A DNA stretch of 64,000 bases from Clostridia bacterium (GCA_017447445.1 JAFSNK010000021.1:39390-103389); one strand, 5' to 3'. Positions 46,153-56,137 are shown, counted from the stretch's first letter. Numbers and translations are program-made. Notes: generated by a model from the sequence alone, not told the origin.

Positions 46153-47108
46153 TGCGGGAAATAATAATCGGCAGGAACGACGCAGGTCAGCGGATCGACA
46201 AGTTCTTAACAAAAAAATACAAATCGCTTCCCTTCTCGATGATGTATAAGCTTATAAGAAAGAAAAAGATTACCGTGAACCGCAAACGCATACACGAAGA
46301 TCATATGCTTTCGGAAGGCGACAGAATACTTATCTTCGCCCCGGACGATCTTTTCTAAGAGAACAAAAAACGCCCGCTTGGCGATATGCGCTCCGACGTT
46401 TGTGTAGTCTACGAGGATGAAAACGTACTCATCGCGGATAAACCCTCCGGACTGCTGGTTCATTCGGACGAAGCGGAAAGCGGAGATACTCTTATCGACA
46501 GGATACGAGCGTATCTTTATAAAAACGGCGAATACGACCCGGATTCCGAGCAAAGCTTCGCCCCCTCGCTCTGCAACCGCATAGACAGAAACACTCAAGG
46601 CCTCGTCATAGCCGCCAAAAACGCCGTCGCGCTGCGTTCGATGAACGGTATAATACGTTCCCGCCAAGCCGAAAAAACCTATCTGGCGGCGATACACGGC
46701 CTAACAGACGCCCCGAGCGGCGTAATACGCCTTTATCTCGAAAAAGACGGAAACACGAACACCGTCCGCGTCAAGGATTCAAGAAGAAGCGGCGAAACGA
46801 AGACCGCGGTCACCGAATACAAAACGGTCGCCGTCAACCGGGACAAAACGCTTTCTCTTATGGAAATTAAGCTCGTTACCGGAAGGACTCACCAGATCCG
46901 CGCCAGCTTTGCTCACATCGGGCATCCGCTGCTCGGCGACGGCAAATACGCGGTAAACAAAGCGGACCGCGAAATGGGTTATTCGTCCCAGGCGCTTTGC
47001 TCCTATTCTCTCACCTTCAAAGGCATCCCCGCCGAAGATCCGCTTTCTTACCTCAACGGCAAGACGTTTTACGCAGAAAAGCCGCAATTCCTTAAACTTT
47101 TCAAATAA
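46152..47108 (+). pseudogene. RluA/RluC-family pseudouridine synthase interrupted by one in-frame TAA (S4 domain | catalytic domain)
   Basis: ORF 46152-46358 encodes an S4-like domain (GQRIDKFL...). TAA at 46356-46358 is followed in the same frame by ...VVYEDENVLIADKPSGLLVH...NRIDRNTQGL...THQIRA (46386-47108). Confidence 0.7.
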
Positions 47109-47115
47109 AGAATAA

Positions 47116-47151
47116 AGCCGTTTCGTCCGGAAAAAGGACGAAACGGCTTTT
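47116..47151. terminator. Bidirectional terminator between convergent genes
   Basis: AGCCGTTTCGTCC / GGACGAAACGGCT 13-bp stem followed by TTTT. Confidence 0.8.
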
Positions 47152-47159
47152 ATATTACT

Positions 47160-48464
47160 TCACAGTTCGTTTCTTGCCATATCCTCGTACGTTTCGCGCT
47201 TAATGATCAGCTTGTCTTCGCCGTTCTTTACCGACACCATGGCGGGGCGCGGCACGCGGTTGTAATTCGAAGCCATCGAATAGTTATACGCGCCCGTTAC
47301 GGCTACGGCGAGTATATCTCCCCTTTCGAACCGCTGAACGCTCATCGCTTCGCCTATAACGTCGTCGCTTTCGCAGTTTCGCCCGGCGACGTCCGCCGTC
47401 TGCGAATACTCTCCGTCCGCGTGAGTGGCGTTGAACACCGTGTATTTCGAGCCGTAGAGCGCGTATCGCGGGTTGTCGGTCATTCCGCCGTCGACGCACA
47501 CGTAATCCTTATAGCCGTTTATGCGTTTAACGGAACCTACCGTATACAGAGTCATACCCGCGTCGGCAACAACGAATCTTCCCATTTCGAACAGGAAGAC
47601 CGGCGGCCTTATTCCCGCCTCGGCGACCAGCTTGTCCAGCTCCTCTTTAATTCCCTTCATTATGACGTCTATCGAGGTTTTCGGATCGGTTTCGACGTAT
47701 CTCACGCCGATACCGCCGCCGAGATTCACGGTTCCGAACTCCGCGCCGAGTTCTTTTTTTATCTTCGCCGCGAAGGCGAGCATTATCTTCGCCGCGTCGG
47801 TGAACGGATATTTGTCGAATATCTGGCTTCCGATATGGCAGTGCAGACCGTCGACCTTTATGCCTTCGCACTCAAGCGCGCGTTTTACGAATCCGAACGC
47901 CTGCCCGGTCTCTATCGGCACGCCGAACTTGGAATCGACGTTCCCGGTGACGACCGCGCGGTGTGTGTGCGGGTCGATCCCCGGAGAAACGCGCAACAGC
48001 ACTTTCTGTTTCGTTCCGCGCTTAACGCATTCCGCGTTGAGGAATTCCAGCTCGTCGTGATTGTCCACGATAAAACAGCCGATCCCTTTGTCGAGCGCGT
48101 AAAGTATCTCGTCGCAGGTCTTATTATTTCCGTGGAAATAAATATTTTCCGCCGGGAATCCGGCGCACAGCGCCGTGTAAAGCTCTCCGCCGGAGACGAT
48201 ATCGGCTCCCAACCCCTCGTCGTTGATAACGCGGTATATCTCTTTGCAGCACAGCGCCTTGCTCGCGTATAGCGGCAGACTGCCCGCGCCGAAATACCTT
48301 TTTACCGACTCGCGGTAGTCGCGGCAGTTTTTGCGCAGACGTTCCTCATCCAGCAGATAAAGCGGCGTACCGTATTTTTCCGCGAGCGTTACGCAGTCCG
48401 CGCCGCCGAACGTCAAATGCCCTATGCGGTTTATATCGATGTTGGTATGTATCATTTCATTCAC
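47160..48464 (-). CDS. lysA: Diaminopimelate decarboxylase
   Basis: 434 aa PLP-dependent group IV decarboxylase pattern (YASKAL, HCHIGSQ, NLGGGIG, CESDD). Confidence 0.85.
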   Translation of the reverse strand: MNEMIHTNIDINRIGHLTFGGADCVTLAEKYGTPLYLLDEERLRKNCRDYRESVKRYFGAGSLPLYASKALCCKEIYRVINDEGLGADIVSGGELYTALCAGFPAENIYFHGNNKTCDEILYALDKGIGCFIVDNHDELEFLNAECVKRGTKQKVLLRVSPGIDPHTHRAVVTGNVDSKFGVPIETGQAFGFVKRALECEGIKVDGLHCHIGSQIFDKYPFTDAAKIMLAFAAKIKKELGAEFGTVNLGGGIGVRYVETDPKTSIDVIMKGIKEELDKLVAEAGIRPPVFLFEMGRFVVADAGMTLYTVGSVKRINGYKDYVCVDGGMTDNPRYALYGSKYTVFNATHADGEYSQTADVAGRNCESDDVIGEAMSVQRFERGDILAVAVTGAYNYSMASNYNRVPRPAMVSVKNGEDKLIIKRETYEDMARNEL

Positions 48465-49068
48465 CGAACGCGGAATCGATTATTTTCCGCCACAGAATAT
48501 CTCTGCCTTCGCCGGTAACCGAGGAATAAAGGATTATATCGGTCCCGGAGCCGATCTGTGCGTCGCCGAGCAGTTCCGCGGCGGCGGCGTTGATCTTCGT
48601 TTTGCTTAATTTGTCGCACTTGGTCGCTACGATGATAAACGGTATTCCGTAATGCTTTATATAGTCTATCATCATTCTGTCGTCAGGCGTGAGCCCTATA
48701 CGGATATCTATAAGCTGCAGAATGTATTTAAGCGACGAATTCGCCGTAAAATAATCCTCGGTAAGCGAAGACCATTTGACGATATCGCCTTTCGGGCGTT
48801 TGGCAAACCCGTACCCCGGCAGATCCACAAGCAAAAGCTTGCCGTCGACTGAATAATGGTTTACGGTTATCGTTTTGCCGGGCTCCGAGCTCACCCGCGC
48901 GAGCTTTTTTCTGCCTAGCAAAGAGTTTATCAAAGAGCTTTTGCCAACGTTCGATCTCCCCGCGAAGGCGATCTGCGGCAGCCCGGTTTTAATAAGCTGT
49001 CCTCTCATGCCCGCGGTAAGCACAAGCTCCGTATTGTGCAGATTAAGCGATCCGTACGTCATTTGCAT
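48457..49068 (-). CDS. engB: Ribosome biogenesis GTPase YsxC/EngB
   Basis: GRSNVGKSSLIN G1 motif, DLPGYG G3, TKCDK G4. Confidence 0.9.
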   Translation of the reverse strand: MQMTYGSLNLHNTELVLTAGMRGQLIKTGLPQIAFAGRSNVGKSSLINSLLGRKKLARVSSEPGKTITVNHYSVDGKLLLVDLPGYGFAKRPKGDIVKWSSLTEDYFTANSSLKYILQLIDIRIGLTPDDRMMIDYIKHYGIPFIIVATKCDKLSKTKINAAAAELLGDAQIGSGTDIILYSSVTGEGRDILWRKIIDSAFGE

Positions 49069-49072
49069 GGTT

Positions 49073-51436
49073 TCAGTTCAACGCGATCTTCAATACCTCG
49101 GAAATATGCTTCACGGGAATAAAGGTGAGCGCGTTTTTGACCTCGTCTTCAAATTCGGAAATATCGTGTTCGTTCTCGAACGGGATTATAACGGTCTTCG
49201 CGCCGGTCTTGTATGCCGCCATGGCCTTTTCCTTAAGCCCGCCGATAGGCAGCACACGCCCGGTAAGAGTAAGCTCTCCGGTCATACATACGTCGCGTTT
49301 GACGCTCCTTCCGGTAAGCTCGCTCACAAGCGCCGTGCAGATGGTTATGCCCGCGGAAGGCCCGTCCTTTGGGATCGCCCCTTCGGGAACGTGGATGTGT
49401 ATATCGTAGGTGTTATAGAAATTCTCGGGTATGTTTAACTCGTCGCAGTGCTTGCGGATATAGCTCACCGCGGCGCGGGCGGATTCCTTCATCACGTCGC
49501 CGAGATGCCCTGTAAGCTCCAGCTTGCCGCTGCCCTTCATACTGCTGACTTCGATACGAAGCATTTCGCCGCCGAGATAAGTCCAGGCGAGCCCGTTAAC
49601 GACACCGACCTCGTCCGCGTCGTATATTTTGTCCGGTATGAATTTTTCCGGTCCGAGCATCCGCGTGATCTCTTCGGCGCCGACGTATATCTTCTTTTCG
49701 CCCTCGACGATCCTTCTTGCGCTCTTGCGGCAGACCGAGGCGATCTCGCGTTCGAGATTTCGCACGCCGTTCTCGCGCGTGTAGGAAACGATTATCTTTT
49801 TCACCGCTTCGTCGGTTATCCTGCACTGCGAGGCCTTGAGCCCGTGCTTGTTAAGCTGCTTCGGGATAAGATGGTGTTTTGCTATTGCGAGCTTTTCCGA
49901 ATCGGAATAGCTGTCCATATAAATAACTTCCAATCTGTCCAGAAGCGCCGGAGGGATGGTCTCGGTGGTGTTCGCCGTCGCGATAAACAGGCATTCCGAA
50001 AGATCGAACGGGATCTCTATGAAGTTGTCGCGGAAGGCGTTGTTCTGCTCCGGGTCGAGCACTTCGAGCATCGCGCTCGTAGGGTCTCCGTGCATATCGT
50101 TCGCAAGCTTGTCCAACTCGTCGAACAGCATAACGGGGTTCCTCGTCCCGGCAAGCTTCAAAGCGTTTATAACGCGCCCCGGCATCGAACCGATATAGGT
50201 CCTTCTGTGCCCGCGTATCTCCGCCTCGTCGCGTATGCCGCCGAGCGATATCCGCACGAATTTGCGGTTGGTAGCCGCGGCGATGGATTTAGCGACCGAG
50301 GTTTTGCCCACGCCGGGAGGCCCCACAAAGCAGAGTATCTGCCCTTTAAGCTCCGGGTTAAGCTGTTTTACGGCCATAAACTCCAGAATGCGTTCCTTTA
50401 CCTTCTCTATGCCGTCGTGGTCCTTGTTCAGTATCTTCTTCGCGGCGGCGATGTCTACGCGGTCCTTGCTCTTCTTGTTCCACGGCAGCTCGAGACAGGT
50501 CTCTATGTAGTTGCGGATGACAGTCGCTTCCGGGGTGCCGAACGGCATTTTCGAAAGCTTTGCGTTTTCGGCGCACAGCTTGTCGTGCACGTCCTTCGGG
50601 AGCTTTGCTTCCTCTATCGCGCGGTAGTATTCGTCCGCGTCCTCCATATCATCGTCCGCGCCCTCGTCACCGAGCTCGGAACGTATGGCGCGCATCTGCT
50701 CGCGCAGATATATTTCGCGCTGCTGTTTGGAAAGGTTGTATCTTACCTTCTGCTGAATGTTCCCTTCGAGGTTGATGATTTCTATATCCTTCTGGAATAT
50801 CTCGCACAGACGGTTTATACGCTTTACGGGATCGTATTCTTCCAGTATTTCCCTGCGCTCGCCGAAATTCACCAGGAAGTTGTTCGCAAGGAAGTCCGCA
50901 AGCGCGGAGGTATCGCGTATCTTGCGCGCTTCCGCGATGATCTCTTCGGACGGTTTCGAAACGTACTGAAGATAATCACTGAACACGTCGTAAAGCCGCT
51001 TGCTTGCGATACGCTCCTGCGTATAAGTCGGCATACGGCGCAGGCGGCGTTCGCTCACGGCGCAAAGTATGCTGTCCTCTGTGATCACCGTGGTGCCTCT
51101 GTCCGCGCGGGTGATCCCTTCGACGACTATCTGGTATCCGCCGTCCTTCACTTTCGCGGAATGTATTATCCTCGCAATAACGCCGACCTTCATAAGGTCG
51201 TTTTCGCCCGGCTCGATAAGCGAAGCGTCGTACTGCGCAACGAGGAACACCGAAGTTCCGTCCAGCTCGCACTGCTTCATGGCGTTTACCGAACTTTTTC
51301 GCGCTATTTCAAAGCTTGCGACAGTCCCCGGGAAAATGATTATCCCGCGCAGCGCTATAGTATTCAAAAGTTTTTTTTCCGTGTCTGTTTCGACAGTTTC
51401 TATTCTGTAAGGCATTTTTTCTCCGTTATTTGCCAA
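49073..51436 (-). CDS. lon: ATP-dependent Lon protease (LonA)
   Basis: 787 aa with LON N-domain, Walker A GPPGVGKTS, and protease domain PKDGPSAGI with catalytic Ser. Confidence 0.9.
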   Translation of the reverse strand: MANNGEKMPYRIETVETDTEKKLLNTIALRGIIIFPGTVASFEIARKSSVNAMKQCELDGTSVFLVAQYDASLIEPGENDLMKVGVIARIIHSAKVKDGGYQIVVEGITRADRGTTVITEDSILCAVSERRLRRMPTYTQERIASKRLYDVFSDYLQYVSKPSEEIIAEARKIRDTSALADFLANNFLVNFGERREILEEYDPVKRINRLCEIFQKDIEIINLEGNIQQKVRYNLSKQQREIYLREQMRAIRSELGDEGADDDMEDADEYYRAIEEAKLPKDVHDKLCAENAKLSKMPFGTPEATVIRNYIETCLELPWNKKSKDRVDIAAAKKILNKDHDGIEKVKERILEFMAVKQLNPELKGQILCFVGPPGVGKTSVAKSIAAATNRKFVRISLGGIRDEAEIRGHRRTYIGSMPGRVINALKLAGTRNPVMLFDELDKLANDMHGDPTSAMLEVLDPEQNNAFRDNFIEIPFDLSECLFIATANTTETIPPALLDRLEVIYMDSYSDSEKLAIAKHHLIPKQLNKHGLKASQCRITDEAVKKIIVSYTRENGVRNLEREIASVCRKSARRIVEGEKKIYVGAEEITRMLGPEKFIPDKIYDADEVGVVNGLAWTYLGGEMLRIEVSSMKGSGKLELTGHLGDVMKESARAAVSYIRKHCDELNIPENFYNTYDIHIHVPEGAIPKDGPSAGITICTALVSELTGRSVKRDVCMTGELTLTGRVLPIGGLKEKAMAAYKTGAKTVIIPFENEHDISEFEDEVKNALTFIPVKHISEVLKIALN

Positions 51437-52376
51437 GCGCGGCTGCGCCGATTATTCCGGCGTCGTTGCCGAGCGCGGCGATCTTGATCTGTGTTTGTTT
51501 TTTACTGTGGCGCGAATACTGTTCGCGCATAACTATTTCGCGCAGAGGCGCAAGCAGCGCTTCGCCTTCTTTGCTTATCCCGCCGCCGATGCTCAGGACC
51601 TCCGGCTGGAAAATGTTTATAAAGTTCGTTATACCGCAGGCGAGGTAGCTTATATACTCGTCCACAACGGCTTTTCCGGACTTGTCGCCGGCGCGCATCG
51701 CATCGAACGAGGTCTTGCCGTCGACCTTGTCTATATCGCCGCCGCAAAGCTCCCACATAACGCTTTTTTTGTTTTTAAGCATCTCTTCCTTGGTAAGCAT
51801 TATTAGCCCGCTGGCGGAAGCGTAGCACTCCAGGCAGCCGCGTCTGCCGCAGGGGCATTCTTTTCCGTCTTTCACGATAACGGTGTGGCCGAGCTCCGCG
51901 CCGGAAAAGTTGAACCCGGTATAGACCTTGCCGTCGATGATTATCCCGCCTCCGACTCCGGTGCCTATCGTGATGAACAGCGAATCTTTATATCCCTTTG
52001 CGGCGCCGAATATCGCTTCGCCTTTGGCGGCGGCGTTCGCGTCGTTGTCTATGTATATTTTGCGTATCCCCGTAGCGGCGGAAAGCTTTTCCGCGACGGG
52101 ATAATTAAGGAACGGGAGCGTAGCGGCGTAGATGACCACTCCGGTTTCGCTGTCCGCGCTGCCGGGGGTGGCGATCCCCGCGTAGGCGATATCTTTTACT
52201 TCAAGCCCCGCGTCCGCGATGACTTTTAAGCAGAGAGCCGCCATATCGTTAATTATTCTGTCTCCGTCCTCCGTGCGCACGGTGGGGCAGCTATCCTTAA
52301 GGATTATCTTCCCTTCTTCGTCGCAGATTCCGGCTTTGATGGACATCCCGCCCAGGTCGATGCCGAGATAATACAT
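51426..52376 (-). CDS. glcK: ROK-family glucokinase
   Basis: YLGIDLGGMSIK N-terminus and CPCGRRGCLE zinc motif. Confidence 0.8.
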   Translation of the reverse strand: MYYLGIDLGGMSIKAGICDEEGKIILKDSCPTVRTEDGDRIINDMAALCLKVIADAGLEVKDIAYAGIATPGSADSETGVVIYAATLPFLNYPVAEKLSAATGIRKIYIDNDANAAAKGEAIFGAAKGYKDSLFITIGTGVGGGIIIDGKVYTGFNFSGAELGHTVIVKDGKECPCGRRGCLECYASASGLIMLTKEEMLKNKKSVMWELCGGDIDKVDGKTSFDAMRAGDKSGKAVVDEYISYLACGITNFINIFQPEVLSIGGGISKEGEALLAPLREIVMREQYSRHSKKQTQIKIAALGNDAGIIGAAALGK

Positions 52377-52387
52377 AACGTACCTCC

Positions 52388-53329
52388 TTAATCGTCGTTA
52401 TACTCTTCCTGCTCGCGAAGCCGTTTTTCGAACTCCGCGGCGGTGTTGTATCCCATTTTTTTCTGTCTGTTGTTCATTGCGGCGATCTCGATTATCACCG
52501 CGAGGTTTCTGCCGGGCTTTACCGGGACCGTAATGGACGGGATCTTGATGCCGAGTATTTCGGTATATTCGGTGTCGAGCCCGAATCTGTCGTACATCTT
52601 CCCCTGTTCCCAATTCTCGAAATTAATAACAAGGTCTATCTTTTCCGATTCCTTCACGGACCCCATGCCGAATATCCTTCTCACGTCGACGATGCCGATG
52701 CCGCGCAGCTCTATAAAATGCTTTATGAGTTTCGGTGCGGAGCCGACGAGCGTGATGGCGGATACCTTTTTTATCATAACGGCGTCGTCCGCAATAAGCC
52801 GGTGTCCGCGTTTTACAAGCTCTATCGCGGTCTCGCTTTTACCTATGCCGCTGTCGCCCAAAAGCAATATACCTTCGCCGTAGACCTCCACGAGCACGCC
52901 GTGCTGTGTGATCCTTTCCGCCAGAGCGACGCTCAGCGCGGAAGTAAGCGCAGCCATAACGGCGCCGGTGTTCGCCGTGGTTTTGAACAAAGGCGTTTCG
53001 TTGGCGCGGGCGGCTTCGTAAAGCTCCGGGAATATCTTTAATCCGGCAGTAACGATAACCGTTTTTACTTTATGCGAGAAAAAGTTGTCGAGCGAAGCTT
53101 TCCTTTCATCCTGATCAAGCGAATCGAGGTAGCTGTGCTCCATATTGCCGATAAGCTGTATGCGCTCGTTTTCGAAGTCTTTGAAGAATCCGGCGAGCGG
53201 AAGCCCGGGGCGGCTAAGATCCGACCGCGTAACGAAAATCTCTTCGTAATTATCGGGAATGTATACGCGTTCGAGGTTTTGGGATACTTCGAGTTCACTC
53301 AGCTTTATCTTGTAAGTCCTGCTCTGCAT
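52388..53329 (-). CDS. hprK: HPr kinase/phosphorylase
   Basis: GVLVEVYGEGILLLGDSGIGKSETAIELVKRGHRLIADD. Start placed at ATG 53329 (GGAGG 6 nt upstream) rather than at the 26-codon basic extension in the ORF track. Confidence 0.85.
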   Translation of the reverse strand: MQSRTYKIKLSELEVSQNLERVYIPDNYEEIFVTRSDLSRPGLPLAGFFKDFENERIQLIGNMEHSYLDSLDQDERKASLDNFFSHKVKTVIVTAGLKIFPELYEAARANETPLFKTTANTGAVMAALTSALSVALAERITQHGVLVEVYGEGILLLGDSGIGKSETAIELVKRGHRLIADDAVMIKKVSAITLVGSAPKLIKHFIELRGIGIVDVRRIFGMGSVKESEKIDLVINFENWEQGKMYDRFGLDTEYTEILGIKIPSITVPVKPGRNLAVIIEIAAMNNRQKKMGYNTAAEFEKRLREQEEYNDD

Positions 53330-54137
53330 CTTCGTCCTCCGTTTTGATCTCGGGTTCCGCCGGGGCGGTTTCTCCGTCCGTTTCCGCGCTTTCGTCTCCA
53401 TTTTCATCCGCGTTCGCGGTTTCCGCAGGTTCGGGCGCGGGGGCGGCTTTTTTCGCCTCGCCGCGGAAGGCGAGGTATTCCGACAGGTTCAGCCCGAAAA
53501 ACAGCGCGAGTACCGCGGTCACCGGGAGAAGCACCGCGAGCACCGCGGAAGCGTCGCTCTTGCCGAGCCAGCCGTGCCATAATTTAAAATATCCGTTAGC
53601 AAGCCGTATCAAAAAGTTCAGCACTTCGATAAGCACGTTGACGAGCTTGTCGAAAAACCCGGTGCCTTTAAGCAGCGTTATCTTGCCGATTGTGTCGTTT
53701 GCGGAAACGTATCCTATACTTTTAAGCATTTTAATCGCGTAGAACTGATATCCGCATACTACCGCGAATACCAGCGCGAAGCCCAAAAAGTAAAGCGCCC
53801 GCGCGCGGTAGGGTTTCGCGTTACCGCGCAGCTTTTCCGCCGTTTCGGCGATCTCGCCGTCTTCCTTTACGAAATATACCCATTGACCGCTTGAAAGTAC
53901 GGGCTTTAACCCCTGCCCGGCGACCGTTTCGTAATATTCCTTCGCCGCGTCGCTTTCCGGAGCGACGCCGATATGCTCTATCGAATACGAATAGGTGTGT
54001 TCGTCGGATTTAATGAATTTATACCGCGAATCGTTCGCCGATTCAAGCAGCAGTCCTTCCCTGCCGCGCGCGTTCAGCCATTTTTGTTCGGATATCTTCG
54101 AAAAAAACACCCTGAAGCACGAGGATTTCATACGCAT
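53295..54137 (-). CDS. DUF2812-like membrane protein with acidic C-terminal tail
   Basis: N-terminus ...EQKWLNARGREGLLL... resembles DUF2812. Two or three TM segments. The low-complexity acidic tail overlaps the hprK start by about 35 nt. Confidence 0.45.
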   Translation of the reverse strand: MRMKSSCFRVFFSKISEQKWLNARGREGLLLESANDSRYKFIKSDEHTYSYSIEHIGVAPESDAAKEYYETVAGQGLKPVLSSGQWVYFVKEDGEIAETAEKLRGNAKPYRARALYFLGFALVFAVVCGYQFYAIKMLKSIGYVSANDTIGKITLLKGTGFFDKLVNVLIEVLNFLIRLANGYFKLWHGWLGKSDASAVLAVLLPVTAVLALFFGLNLSEYLAFRGEAKKAAPAPEPAETANADENGDESAETDGETAPAEPEIKTEDEDAEQDLQDKAE

Positions 54138-54237
54138 CGCCTCCTTAATTGGTTATTATACAATACTTCTTCATAAAAGTCAATTATACATACGCAATTT
54201 GTGCGTCAACATTTTATACCGAAATAAGAAATAATAC

Positions 54238-54266
54238 TTGAAAACGTGCGGCGTTTGTGTTATAAT
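54238..54266 (+). promoter_or_regulatory. Consensus sigma-A promoter of the SRP RNA gene
   Basis: TTGAAA (54238-54243), 17-nt spacer, TATAAT (54261-54266). Confidence 0.7.
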
Positions 54267-54272
54267 AACGCC

Positions 54273-54573
54273 ATGAGATATGAAATATGGTCATACCAGC
54301 CGGGGAGACAGCGGTGCCCTGTACCTGCAATCCGCTACAGCAGGGGTGGAATACCTTTCGAGGGCAATGTTTGTGTCGCCGCGCCGCGGGGAATTCTGTG
54401 AGAAGCGGGTTCCGGCGCAATCCGCACCTGCGAATTATGTCAGGTGGGGAACCAAGCAGCATTAAGCAGATATGCGGATGTGCCGCCGGAGTGCCTGTTT
54501 TGAGAATGATACGCGGTTTCCGGACGGAAGCATTGTTCGAATTAAGGTTGTATGGCCACATTTCGTATCTCAT
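54273..54573 (+). ncRNA. ffs: Signal recognition particle RNA, long Bacillus type (scRNA with Alu domain)
   Basis: GGGGAGACAGCGGUGCCCUGUACCUGCAAUCCGCUACAGCAGGGG (54302-54346) closely matches the B. subtilis scRNA Alu-domain sequence as I recall it. GUCAGGUGGGGAACCAAGCAGCAUUAAGC (54439-54467) matches the domain IV motif. The 5' end 54273-54296 pairs with 54550-54573 (24 positions, 21 Watson-Crick pairs, 2 G-U pairs and 1 A-C mismatch). The position upstream of dnaX-ybaB-recR is classical. Confidence 0.85.
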
Positions 54574-54598
54574 CTTGGTAAATAAGGAGGTTTGAACG

Positions 54599-56137
54599 GT
54601 GTATCTTTCTTTATACAGAAAATGGCGCCCCCGCACGTTCGACGAGATGTGCGGCCAGCAGCATATTACCGAAATACTGAAAAAGCAATGCGCCGAGGGA
54701 CGCGTTTCGCACGCCTACCTTTTCTGCGGCACCCGCGGCACCGGAAAGACCTCCGCCGCCAAGATACTTGCAAAAGCGGTGAACTGCGAGCACCCGAAAG
54801 ACGGCAACCCCTGCAACGAATGCGCCTCCTGCCGTTCCATAGACAACGGAAGCGCTACCGACGTTCTGGAGATCGACGCCGCCAGCAACAACCGCGTCGA
54901 CAACGTGCGCGACCTGCGCGACGAAGTCGTCTATCCCCCGTCGGTGCTCAAAAAACGCGTTTACATCATCGACGAAGTTCATATGCTCACGGACAGCGCG
55001 TTCAACGCGCTTCTGAAAACTCTGGAAGAACCTCCGGAATACGTTGTATTCGTCCTTGCCACGACGGAGCTTAACGAGCTTCCTCCCACCATAATCTCGC
55101 GCTGCATAAGATTTGATTTCTCACGCATAGATCCCGAAGCGGTCAAAGCCAGAATAGATCTCGTCGCCGCGAAGGAAGGGATCAGGATCGAAGACAGCGC
55201 CGCGGAGCTTATTTCCGAGCTTGCCGACGGTTCGATGCGCGACGGGCTTTCTTTGCTCGAAGCCGTCTCCAACGGCACGGACGGTACTATCACGCGCGAG
55301 ACGGTACAGGGCGTGTTCGGCATCGCCGGGGATGAAACGATACGCGCCATGCTTCACTCCATCGCCGCCGGTGATATCCCCGCCGCGGTCAGCACTATTG
55401 CGGAAGTTCACAGGTCATCCAAGGATATATCCGTGTTTATCGACGATCTTTCCGTCGTCGTGCGCGATCTTATAATCGAAAAACAATTGGGCAAATACGG
55501 CGGACAAGGCAAGCTGCGCAAAACGTTTTTGCCGCTTGCGGACGAATTCACCGCCGAAAAACTTTTCTACGTAAGCAGCGTGTTGGAGGATACGCAGAGC
55601 CGCATTTCGCGCTATTCGATGAACAAGCGCGTGGTGTTTGAGCTGGCTGTCATAAGAATGTGCGATCCTTCGCTTTCCGATTCCCCAAAAGCGCTTGCTG
55701 CGCGTATAGCGGAGCTCGAAAAAAAGATATCCGTAATGTCCGTTATGGGAGCCGGGACCGACGCAACTTCCGTGATAAAAGAAGAGCCGAAGCCGCGATC
55801 CGCCCCGGAATCTCCCAAAGAGGAGCCGGTTAAAGACCCGGAGCCGGAAGAAGAACCGCAGATCCCTTTCAACAGATTTGAAGAAATAAACGAATTTCTA
55901 AACGATTCACCGTCGATGTGCGCCTTTCTCGGCAGTACGGATATAATGCTTCAGGGCGCGAAAGTCATCATCACCGGCGATAAGTTCACGATAGATATGA
56001 TCGCGATGGACAACGATTTTCCTTTGCTTACAGCAGCTTTTTCGAGCGTGTTGGGAAGAAAGGCGGAAGTCGTGCTGAAGACCGCGGACAAAAAAGAAGA
56101 AGAAGCACAGCAGTCGCTTATAGACGAACTATTATAA
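54599..56137 (+). CDS. dnaX: DNA polymerase III subunit gamma/tau
   Basis: GTG start with AAGGAGG 8 nt upstream. YRKWRPRTFDE, GTRGTGKTS, zinc module CxxC...CxxC, DEVHML. Confidence 0.9.
   Translation: MYLSLYRKWRPRTFDEMCGQQHITEILKKQCAEGRVSHAYLFCGTRGTGKTSAAKILAKAVNCEHPKDGNPCNECASCRSIDNGSATDVLEIDAASNNRVDNVRDLRDEVVYPPSVLKKRVYIIDEVHMLTDSAFNALLKTLEEPPEYVVFVLATTELNELPPTIISRCIRFDFSRIDPEAVKARIDLVAAKEGIRIEDSAAELISELADGSMRDGLSLLEAVSNGTDGTITRETVQGVFGIAGDETIRAMLHSIAAGDIPAAVSTIAEVHRSSKDISVFIDDLSVVVRDLIIEKQLGKYGGQGKLRKTFLPLADEFTAEKLFYVSSVLEDTQSRISRYSMNKRVVFELAVIRMCDPSLSDSPKALAARIAELEKKISVMSVMGAGTDATSVIKEEPKPRSAPESPKEEPVKDPEPEEEPQIPFNRFEEINEFLNDSPSMCAFLGSTDIMLQGAKVIITGDKFTIDMIAMDNDFPLLTAAFSSVLGRKAEVVLKTADKKEEEAQQSLIDELL

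Noticed and set aside
49448-51487. 679-aa ORF antisense to lon. Similar long shadow ORFs occur at 2916-3905, 13781-15289, 15350-16489, 21603-23054, 30192-31910, 34160-35194, 47421-48272 and 61330-62409.
   Set aside because: Each lies entirely opposite a gene with unmistakable family motifs. The translations are Arg/Val/Phe-rich with no recognisable domains. The open frames come from stop-codon depletion, not from coding.
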